DNA from: Eledone cirrhosa
Taxonomy: Eukaryota
Direction of reading: 5' to 3'
NCBI GenBank assembly: GCA_964016885.1
Contig: OZ024745.1
Coordinates: 68,076,001-68,140,000 of the forward strand
Length of the DNA stretch: 64,000 nt
Made by a program: the position numbers and the translations under genes. The notes under the pieces are model-generated. The model had not been told where the DNA came from, ran no database searches, and was given only the letters and a program-made list of their open reading frames with translations. Positions 53,020-64,000 of the stretch are shown in pieces (within the stretch, counting starts at the first letter, position 1; each line of letters begins with the position of its first letter).

Positions 53020-54480
53020 TTGGTTTATATCGCTCTGATTAGCTGTCTCGGATCAATACGGGTATAGGTTGATATGAATCGAGGTGCAATAGCATATCGA
53101 ACTAACAATTCTATAGGGACAATTCAACAATTTTAAGGTAAGGTTGTACTTAAAAGTAAGAAAGAGATGAAATGTATTTGAAAAGACAATATGTCCGAGA
53201 GGGATACCAGTATAGGATGTTTATAACCTTCAAAACTTCTTGAACATTTGTAAAGAAAGTATCTAGACAAAGCTAATAAACCACTGATTATTACAAAAGA
53301 AAAAAACAAAAGAAAAAAAAAACAACTACAATAATTGTAAATCAATTTTGTGCAGCAAATTAACTTAGAAATTTTGTTAAGATACCAAATTCGACGAAGC
53401 CAATGTTGTATTGTATATCATTGCAAACATTGTTGTAAGAAATAGTTTTAGTCATATAATTAATGAGAAAGTTATGAAACCTGTTTTAGAAAATGTTATT
53501 TCTAACGGGATATTTGAAGGTATTTTGTAATGTTTAAAATTAAGTAACGATTCAATTTGAAGAGGAATTGATGCTATATCTATAAATATTAAAAAATAAT
53601 TAGTTGAAAAATTGAAGAAAAAAGACATTAATTTCTCAATTCAGGCTGATAAGTCTACATCTTTTAATAACCAGAGCTCTTCTTATGGTGTATAAATATT
53701 ATTTTAATGATGACTGTAAATTGAAAGAAGAAATATTATTTGTAATACAATATGAAATGATGCTTCTGAAGAATCTATTTTCATTGCATTAAGGTCCCGG
53801 TTTCATGAAAATAGTCACATACGAAAATTTAATTTCAATTAAGGCTTCGTATCACATTTGAAAACAATATATTCTGAAAATGTTGAAATCTTGTAGTAAA
53901 AAGAGGAGTCCGACATTATTCACTTAGAATGATTATTAAAACTCGGTTTCATCCTGTTCATAATGAATACGGGAGTTAGATGGATCTCTAAAAGAAATTG
54001 CTTAGCAAGATTTATAAGCCTTTTTGATATTATAGCTAAATTATTATATGAAGGGAATTGTGTGATTGCTAGCGAATTAAGAAAAGAAAACAACAAAAAA
54101 AAGCAACAGCATTAGTTTAAATATTCCGAAAGCTTAATGTGATATCACTTCAACTTCAATGAAATTCTATTACATTGATTGATTGTAAAACAGCATTTAC
54201 TGAGAAATTGGAAAAGTTTCAAGTAAATTTTCTTAAAAACATTACACAGCATGTTTAAAATGGTAAAAATTTCTTCTCCACTTACCAAAATGGATCTGGA
54301 AATAGATTCTGGACACTAACCGTTAAAAGCCTGACATGAACAAAAGATTCTCTGATATATTTTTCTTTGAAGTTAAATCATGGATGATAGATCCATTTAA
54401 TTATAATGTTGGTTCAGCTGTAGAAGATATCGAAGAAGAATTAATTGAATTACGATGCAATGACAAGTCAAAATACATAT
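53020..54480 (+). pseudogene. Degraded hAT (Charlie/Buster, ZBED5-like) transposase
   Basis: LSNDSI*RGIDAISINIKK*LVEKLKKKDINFSIQADKST near 53540 and NTGVRWISKRNCLARF near 53966 match LSNxTxxRRI...FSLQLDEST and HTEVRWLSxG. Boundaries are approximate. Confidence 0.8.
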
Positions 54481-55327
54481 ATAATAGAGTGAACCTTCGT
54501 TGATTTTGACGAAGACTTTCAGTTGTACAATCAGCGGAACAGTCTGCTCGTGAAATTAAAGTGCAAGTGGCTGAGTATTCCACAAACTTAATTCTCAGGG
54601 ACATTCGGTGTGATACAGTGTATGACAAGGCTCACTCTTTGAATTACATATACAGTTCATTCGAAAGATTTCCAAGCAGTTTCTGTTAATCGTATATTAC
54701 TCAGAAGGCTTGGGTCAACTCTAGCCATATTAAATGACACTTGCTCAATATTCCACCCAACGTGATCAAACCCTGGGCCTTTTGATTTCTAAACGAACTC
54801 CTTAACCATTCGGCTATGCTGCATCCATGCATGTAGGATAAAGTAGGAAAGACTGAACTCAATTTATGAAAATACTGTAAATATACTATAAAAAGGTTAT
54901 AAATTGAAATGGCCAAAGTAATTGTCTGTTGTGTATCACCATAAAGGCGGTCAATTGATATGGCTTTCTACGCTCTGAGTTCAAATTCCATTGAAGTCAA
55001 ATTTGCATTCATCAGTTCATTATCGATAAATAAAGTACCAGTCAAGCGGTGGTGGATTGATTAATATATTAAAGCGTCAAACTTGTGGTCCCTGTTTTCG
55101 CTCTGTGAATTCTGAATTCAAATACCACTTCCCGTCAGACATTATGGGACTGGACCCCTATAATTAATATATCTAAGAAACCGTCTATGAAAAGCAACCC
55201 CATAAGAGGCCAACTTAATCTATCTATACAGTTGTGCTATTACCACAACTACAAACAACATTTCATCGACCAGTAAACCTGAAAAGCAAAGTTGACTTAC
55301 GAGTCATATCTGCTATTGGTGATTTTG

Positions 55328-55484
55328 GATGAAAGCTTCTTCACCAATGGGATCCAAGCACTGAAACACCGTTGGAAGAAGTGTGTGGGCCTCAAGGGGG
55401 ACTATGTTGAAAAATAAACCTCATTTGGTCACATTCCATGAGAGTATCTTGGTCAGCCTATAAACTTTTCAGTCGATCCTCGTA
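55328..55484 (+). mobile_element. mariner transposon 3' fragment
   Basis: DESFFTNGIQALKHRWKKCVGLKGDYVEK* (stop at 55415-55417), then a TIR-like end ...GATCCTCG followed by TA. Confidence 0.88.
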
Positions 55485-56023
55485 GGAAGATTTTAAAGGT
55501 ATTTTGTTTGATGCTCTAAAAATTTCGTTTTGTCAAGCGGCTAATTGGCAGACGTTATGGCGTCAGATAAAATACATTGCAGTCTATATTCCGACTCTGA
55601 GCTCTAAATTCAAGCTTTACCGAGGCCGACTTCGCTTTTAATCCGTTCATGGTTGATAAATCGAAGTACCAGTTAAACTCTAGCATGAATTTCTCTTCCA
55701 CTTTTTATCTTTCTCTTCCTCAATCCGTTATGTGAATGAGACGGTACAGCTTCAACAATCCTCTCACCACCACATTGTAGACAAGAAATAAAAGAGCTGT
55801 CTTAGTGTATGTGGAAAGAATGAAAAAGATAAAAGAAGAAAGAGATAAATAGAGAGATGAAAGAAAAAAAGCGAGAGACAGAAAATAAGGCTAAACAAGA
55901 ATATGCAGTTTAAAGATTTTCAAAGAGGAAAGGGATTTATCTGTGGCGTGTGTTTGTGTGATGTAGCATTAGGTGTCACTGGAATTTAATCATAACGACA
56001 GGAGCGCGTACACGCACCCCCCC

Positions 56024-56089
<66 letters not shown>

Positions 56090-56224
56090 TGTAAGTATGC
56101 AATAAAATTCTAATTATATATATATACATATATACATATATATATAATGTAAGTATGCAATAAAATTCTAATTATATATATATATATATATATGTTTGTG
56201 TATAACACACATACACACACACAC

Positions 56225-56287
<63 letters not shown>

Positions 56288-56963
56288 ACACAAACATACA
56301 TATATATAAAATATATACATAGCACTAAGTAGATTATGAGTTCTACACACATCAATATGAATATTTATTATCAGATTTGCTAAAACCAAGAAATCAAGTC
56401 CAGTTTTGACGTGGCTTTAGAATTTCAATGTCAGGTCTCTTGGCATTAACATTCGGACAAGATTCAAGGATATATATGTAGTTTTGTGAAGACTTAATTG
56501 AGCTGGTCTAATTCTATGGATAAACATTTGATTGATTAACATGTCGTAGATAGATATTAAAGGCTGAATCACTGCTTAAGTCACTTAACTTTACTTAACT
56601 CAAACATAATCACGAGAATTAGAACACACTATCGTTGGTAGGAGCGGCGATTTGGCAGATTTGTGAGAACGTCCGATAGAATGCTTTGTGACATTCGTTC
56701 CCGATTTCTGCGCTCTGAGTTCAAATCCAGCCGATCTCTGATTAGACTTCCATTCTTTTGGGACCAATTCCATCTCTCTCTGGAAGAAATGGACTGTGTT
56801 CAGACTTGGAGAGTGATGTACTCCACCAGGTTTAAATGGCCTAGGAACGCTCTATACCGCTATGGCAGCACTACGACTCACTCAAGAATTCAGAGCTCAT
56901 GGATGCATGTGTTAGTAGTAAAAAAAAAAGAAGGAAACTAAAACATAAACAACATAAAATCAC

Positions 56964-57543
56964 ATACTCTCGGATCTCGAATGATCGTCCCCCCCACCCT
57001 CCTATTAATTTTTCAGATTTTTTTCCACCACTCCCGCTCTTATTCCACACACCGCTTATTAAATTTTATTTTATATTAAGTGGTAGGATTCCTGAGACAA
57101 TTAATTTTCTTTATACTTTAAAAAAAATTTTACATGACAAAAAAAAAAAAGAACGTTACAAGAAATCCCATACGTTATAAAATAAACAGGATGGGTTGGG
57201 GTCTAATATGTAAACTAAACGACTAATGATGGTTTTTTTAAAAATCAAAGGAGGCATCCTAGAAAAAATTACCGATTTTCTAACCCCACCCCACTTATTC
57301 CAAGCCCCTGCTTATTCCAATCATTCCCGCTTATTCCACACCCCATTTGGCATTATCGGTAGAGGGTCGGATGCCATGCTTTCCAGCATAGTTACGTCCC
57401 TTAACGATCTGAGTTCAAATCCCGCTGAGGTTGACTTTGCCTTTCATCCTTACGGGGTCGATAAAATAAAGTACCAGTAATGCACTGGGTAATTGCTGGC
57501 CTTGTGCCAAAAAGTCGAAACAATTATTTTGGACCCGAGTGTA
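56964..57543. mobile_element. MITE-like element with a nested family-1 SINE (57347-57527, plus strand)
   Basis: Imperfect terminal inverted repeats TACTCTCGGATCTCGAAT and ATTTTGGACCCGAGTGTA, with internal repeated CTTATTCCA motifs. Confidence 0.55.
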
Positions 57544-60500
57544 GTAAAGTGAACGCTGCCAGATTATAAGTGTCAACAATACACATCAATAAACGTATGG
57601 TAATAGAAGCACCAATAAATTCCAGGTTGAGAATTCGGTTGTTTGATCAACTGAACATCATCCAACTTATGAATTGTGAAACAGGTTGAATATTCCACAG
57701 ACATGTATACCCTTAACGTAATCCCTAATCCGAATCAGTGAAACACCACAAATGATAAAATTAGACCTTTGAATTACAGCTACAATCAATCGGACGGGCC
57801 TCAACACAATTTCCGTTCGCTAAGTTTCACTCACACGGTTTTTGTTGACTCGATGATATGGTAAAGATTCTTAACTACTCAGTCATGTCTGCATTCACGG
57901 TATATTTAAGATTTGATGAATATAACTACAGTAATGGCAGGATGGTTATAAAGTTTACTTCACAATTTATTGGTTTCAGGGTTAATATCTGTGCGACACC
58001 TTGGGAAAGGATTTTGCTCCATAACCTCAGATAAACCAAAGCACTATAAATAAAATTTGGTAGGAGACTACATAGAAGCTTGTCAAGGGGATCGTTTCTA
58101 TACCTGTATGGTCGACTTAATCCATCGCCCTATTTAATCCCACTACCTATCTCACAGGCTCCTTTGGTCAGGTCGCCGGTTTAATGATACTTTTCCTCTT
58201 TCCTTCTTTCAGATATCGGGGCTCTGAAAATGGCCAGGGACGTTGTCTATCCTCCTCTGACTAAGTCATAAAATTGTCGCAAAATATATAATAATTAAAT
58301 AAAAATCAAGTATTATATTATTCATGGTTATCCTTTTTTTTATGGCGGTTAAGTGTGATTTGACGGAGATTTGACTGCTATTTTTAGGAGGTCAAGTGGA
58401 GATGTCCTTGGTTGGCTTATTGTATATCTAGGCGTGGAGTGGTGTTACCTAAACAACTCAGTTAAGACGTTCAGCCTCATGGTTAGGGTGTTGATCTCAC
58501 GATCTTGGATTAAAGGACTGTCTGGTGTGCTGTGATTTTGTGTAAGTTAACTTCATTTTATGTCATTCCAATCCAATCAGCTGAAAAGAAAAATGTGTAT
58601 CAGTCTTCCGGGATAAGCCCCGGTCTGTTGAGTCTCTGGGTTTTGGACAGACTTTAACTATAACTTAAACAACAACTCTAGGATAGCGATTTCTACCTTG
58701 GTGCATCTTATTCAGCTTCTGTGCATCTAGAACCACATTTGTTTATACACCAAAAGGATTACATAACGCACCATACAGTTTAATAAGTACACAAGAATGT
58801 CTAAGGGGTAAAGAAACTTCTTTTCCAACCACGAGGTCTCGGGTTCGCTCTCTCTCTGTGACATTCTGGGCAAGTGTCTGTATTATATCCTCTAGTCGAC
58901 TTAAGCATTGTGAGTGAAACTGCGCAAACAGAAATTGTATTGAAGCTCGTCTTATGGATTGTACTTGTAATTCAAAATTCCAGCTTTGTCACATATTCTA
59001 TCATGCTGATTCGATGTAAGAATGTTGCTATGGGTATATGTGTATATGGAATACTCAGCTGTTTACACGTTGATCGATGAAACAGACGCAGGATTCATCA
59101 TCCTAATATATAGTATGGATGAATGAGTAATATATTTAGCAGTACACCAAAGTTCTATTTAAAAGATATAAACGCTTCATGTAATTAGAATCCAAAGGGT
59201 GACAACAGATACTACAAGGCACCTCGACGGTAATTTTTCTAATCCTGCATCATTTGAATATTACTTTATTTATCGACATTGAAAGGATTAAAGGCAAAGT
59301 TGACCTCGGTGAGGTATGGAATCAGTGCAAAGAGCCGGAAGAAATACCGAGCCGTTTAATCTGACACTCTAACGACCCTGTAAATTGAAATAAGTTCAAC
59401 AATTTAAATATCATATCTGAAACTTTTAATGATCGTCAGTAACTTTCTATTGGCTTTCAAGTATTTAATTATCCTGTAGCATACTTTGTGATTATCAAAT
59501 TAGTAGCGTGTGTAATTACTCAATGTACGTGATTATTTGTCGTTTGTAGTAATGATTCGTTGTATAAATAGCTGTAGTGGAATAACCTGGAGATATTTCC
59601 TGTGTATGCTGCTTATTCCATAGTTTGTAGCCGGGTCTGGAACTTGGCTGAATGGTTAAGAAATTTTCTTAGCAGTCTTGAGACATAAGGCTTAATCCTA
59701 TCTTGCGCAAGTGCTTTTACCGTAGGCTTGGGATGACCGTATCATTGTGAGTGAAATTGGCTCGGCGGAAACTGTGGAAACCCGTCAAATAGATTGTTAC
59801 TCTATTTCAAATGGCCAGTCGTCTTATATATTAAATTGTGAGTAAATATGTGATTCATTTTTTTTTATTTGTATAAATACAGTATAGAGGTAACCGCATT
59901 ATTGATCAGATATAAAAATTCACATACATCATATTTATATATATATATTTATACGCTCAGCAATGATGATTGCGAGAATGAGTACTCAATACAAGAGTAG
60001 AGATTAATAAATTCTTTATTGAGCCCAAGCTTGAACTTTTGAGTTTCTCCTGAGTACTCATCTTGTAGTACAGTTTTTCTGATGATCCTGTCAAAACACA
60101 AGAGATACTATAGAGCAACATAACTCAAGTTTGTCTTTAATAAAAAAAAAAAAAATCTATATCTACGCATGTCACTATTTACTATTTATACACGGTGAGT
60201 GAAAGTAGGAAGCTATTTACGTTCTTTCGGAACTAAGGCGCAAGTAATAAAGAAATGGAAAAAAATCTCTTTTAATACAAGCAGAGGCGGAATAAGTAGA
60301 AAGATAATATGACAGCTGGTCAAAGCTTAAAACTCACAAGATAGCAAAATATCCTGAAGACAGAAATGTAATGAAGCAATCAGTGAGGATTTTAATCGAA
60401 AATGGCGGGGATAATAGATATAAACATATCAATAAGACTTCATTTCATATTTGTCACAATTTCTCGGTTGAAGAGGTTTGTAGATGTCTTAAACAGTGGA

Positions 60501-61861
60501 GAAATCAACATCAGTTTCTCAGTAATAGGAAACGATGTTCTGGAATGGTTTCTCCGTTATAGAATCAGTCAAAAGAATTAGATGTTAAATCCTACATCTT
60601 TCCTTTTCCTTTTTGTCATTTTGATATTTTGAAGCTATTTTAAACGGAGCAAATTGGCAGTATCATTAGGGAACGGATTAAATGTCTCGGTATTTGTTTC
60701 GCCTCACTGCGGTCTGAGTTCATATCCTGCCAAGGTCAACATTATGTGTCATTATTTCGGATTCGATACATAAAATACCATTCCAGGGGCAGTTCATTGG
60801 CAGAATTGTTAAGGATATATGATATCTGAGCCGGCTTTGTGAGTTCAAATGCCGCCCCCTTCTGCAAGGAGTTGCGACTGACAGTTATTATCATCAATAG
60901 AAATACTAATGGAACTATTGTTACCTTGGACCAATCTGATGATCGGCTCCTATCCTTTTATTTTACTTTTAAAAATGAAAAAAAGATTCAATACCTTATC
61001 GAAGGGAGAATGCCCTGGTAAGTGTGGTAATTATTTAAAATATATAATTTTATTTTTACTGTTTTAGCAGTAAGGAAAGAGCAGTGCCTATGACACTTTC
61101 CTGTGTCTTACAGATTGGCGGAAGAGAGGAAGTTATCTTTAAATCAGAGATTTGGTTTTAATGTTTATCTCCAAGCAGCAGGTCGTTGTTAAAACTAGGC
61201 GATGGATTAAATTTACTTCAGAAGACTTTTTCTCTGAAATACTTTGTCTATCATGCGTAATGCAAACTCTTCTGATTCAGTTCCAGTGAACTGGTTTCTC
61301 CAACACCACCACCATAATAGAAATAAATTTGTAACTTTGACCACGAAGCTATTAATTATTCCATAAATTGCAACTGAATATTAAATCTATATTCACTAAA
61401 ATCCATATAACATTCTACTTCTTCATTTCTAATTACCAGATCACATTCCATCTAAATTATTAAATAAGAACTTGTCATCTAATTAATATATTTAATGAAT
61501 AAATGACAGTGGATAGAAAGAAACGGTAGCGGGGCGGAGAAAGTGCCTTGTGGTGTTTAATTACGCATCCTTACAATCTTCTGCTCAAAAACTCATCATT
61601 TCGGAAAAGATAAAATAATGTACAGTAGGCGACAAGTTGTTGGAACGTCGGATAGAATGCTTTGTGCTCTTGGTTTTGGTTCTATGCGCCCTTTGAAATT
61701 CCGCCGAAGACAACTTAAGCTTTCATTCTTTCGAGGTTGAGAAATGAAGTTGAAGAAAAGTATTTTCTTTTCTACCACTTTCTGCCTGCCTGTCTGTCTG
61801 TTTGATTGTCTGTCTATCTATCTGTCTGTCTATCTGTCTGTCTGTCTATCTGCCTGCCTGT

Positions 61862-61976
<115 letters not shown>

Positions 61977-63197
61977 TCTAGAAGAAATCAACTGTATTTA
62001 GACCTGGAAAGGATTGGGATCTGTTCCTACTCACACCAGAAGTTATTGGTCCATGGAACCATAGAAACAATCAATCCTTTCCAAAATTAAGGCCGTGGGC
62101 CTATTTAGAAATCAATATTATAAGTACACTTTATATACTCTACGCTGAAATATGTTTAATAAATTCATCTTAACAGTTGCATCTGCAACTGCTGTGTTTC
62201 AGGACGTATGGATAACTGTGAAAGCATTTAGATATATTTCTACGTGTTTCTTCAACAACACAGAAGCCTCCCACAAAAGGTGACATACAAAACAAAACAT
62301 TTCAATGACACCACCGCGGGGATATATTTTATAAAAAAAACATTTTACCAACGACACAGCAATGTCTGAAATGTATCAGAATAATCTCTTTTTTTTAACG
62401 TGTATGAAGAAATAGTTGAAAGTGTTTACACTTCACAATTCACCCTTTTCCCGACAAAGCCCTCTAATTAAATCAAAAAGAAAACGTTAGTTATATCTAT
62501 ACTTCATTACGTGTTCCAGCCGTCAGACTGAGGCCATGCACGCCGTCTTATAGAATAAATGTTTATTATCTATTTAATTACATCGTCAAACAAATGGATG
62601 TCGTGAAAATTAGACTGATCGTTTCGGGTATTTTCGATATTCTGTGCAATATATATAGTGCTTCTATAATACCACAGATCGACGGATAGAATGCTTTGCA
62701 GTATTCGTTTTAGCTCGCTGGTCAGCTTTGCTTTTCATCTATTCGAGGTCGATAAAAGTCTAGTAGCGGAGCCGATTCTTCCTCTATATATCTTTCTCAC
62801 TTCGTTTCTATCGCTCTATATCCATCTCAGGTAGAAATTGACTGTGTTAAGACCATGCATGCATAATGCCCTAAAGATTAAAATATACGCCGTATTCTAA
62901 TGGGGATATTCTTGTTTATCAATGTATAGTTTAGTTTTTCAGTAGTTGTGGTAGCTGAGCGAACAAGTACTGCGTTTCTAAACTTCGACAAATGACAAAA
63001 AGAAATCTTTCTCTCGAAATTTCAAATGCGTATTAATTTGCTGAAATCTGGTTTCATGCTGATATTTGACTCAGTGTGTCCTTCGAACCTTATAATGTTA
63101 GTTGTAACACAACACGCAACAGTTGAAGTAAACATCTTAGTACAGGCACACATGTTTAGTAGTTGCATAAACAATAGCAGCTGCAGCAGCAACAGCT

Positions 63198-63239
<42 letters not shown>

Positions 63240-63454
63240 ATAATAATGGTCGTTGATTTAGGCACAAGGCCAACACTTTTTGGGGGCGGGGAAAGTCGAT
63301 TAAAACGACCTCAGTGCGTTACTGGTACTTTATTTCATCGACCCCGTTAGGACGAAAAGGTGGGATTTGAAATCAGAATACATAGGTAACTCTATGCCGC
63401 AAAGCTTGTTGTCCAACGCTCTACCGAATCTGCCAACCCACTGCCCTTCCTTTA

Positions 63455-64000
63455 TATATAATTGTTTCTACTTTTGGCACAAGGCCAGCAAAATACCCAG
63501 TGCATTACTGGTACTTTATTTTATCGACCCCGTAAGGATGACAGGCAAAGTTAACCTCGGCGGGATTTGAACTCAGATCATAAAGGGAGGTAGCTCTATG
63601 CTGCAAAGCATGGCGTCCGACCCTCTACCGATACTGCCAATCCACTGCCTTATTTTTTTTTTTTTTTTAGCAACGTGAAATAAAGTGTCTTGCTCAAGGA
63701 CATAACGTATCGCCCGGTCCACGAACCGAACTGAGCGATGCGTTATGTCCTTGAGCAAGACACTTTATTTCACGTTGCTAAAAAAAAAAAAAAATAAGGC
63801 AGTGGATTGGCAGTATCGGTAGAGGGTCGGACGCCATGCTTTGCAGCATAGAGCTACCTCCCTTTATGATCTGAGTTCAAATCCCGCCGAGGTTAACTTT
63901 GCCTTTCATCCTTACGGGGGTTGATAAAATAAAGTACCAGCAATGCACTGGGTAATTGCTGGCCTTGTGCCAAAAGTAGAAACAATTATATATATAGGAA
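63455..64000. repeat. About 265-bp inverted duplication of a family-1 SINE plus an adjacent family-2 fragment
   Basis: 63455-63713 is the reverse complement of about 63736-63996 with a few mismatches and a spacer of about 20 nt. Confidence 0.9.

Overview
This is AT-rich, microsatellite-saturated eukaryotic DNA. The SINE repertoire resembles octopus/cephalopod repeats, which is an inference from recall. I found no credible host exon, and almost all listed ORFs are microsatellite artefacts. Recognisable elements: (1) a near-full-length, disabled L1/Tx1-type LINE at about 8601-14558; (2) many tRNA-derived SINEs, some in tandem arrays; (3) a SINE-derived 59-bp minisatellite; (4) three Helitrons; (5) remnants of R4/Dong, RTE, hAT-Charlie and mariner elements. 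The main signal is non-coding. About 15 type-I hammerhead ribozyme cores (CUGANGA...GAAA...UH), from roughly ten sequence families, sit in short cassettes embedded in (TA)n tracts. Many cassettes are fold-back palindromes whose inversion point falls in or beside the ribozyme, and several unrelated families share a 3' TTGAGTAC motif. This best fits non-autonomous Penelope-like or retrozyme-type elements that target TA microsatellites. All folds were read by eye, with no computation.
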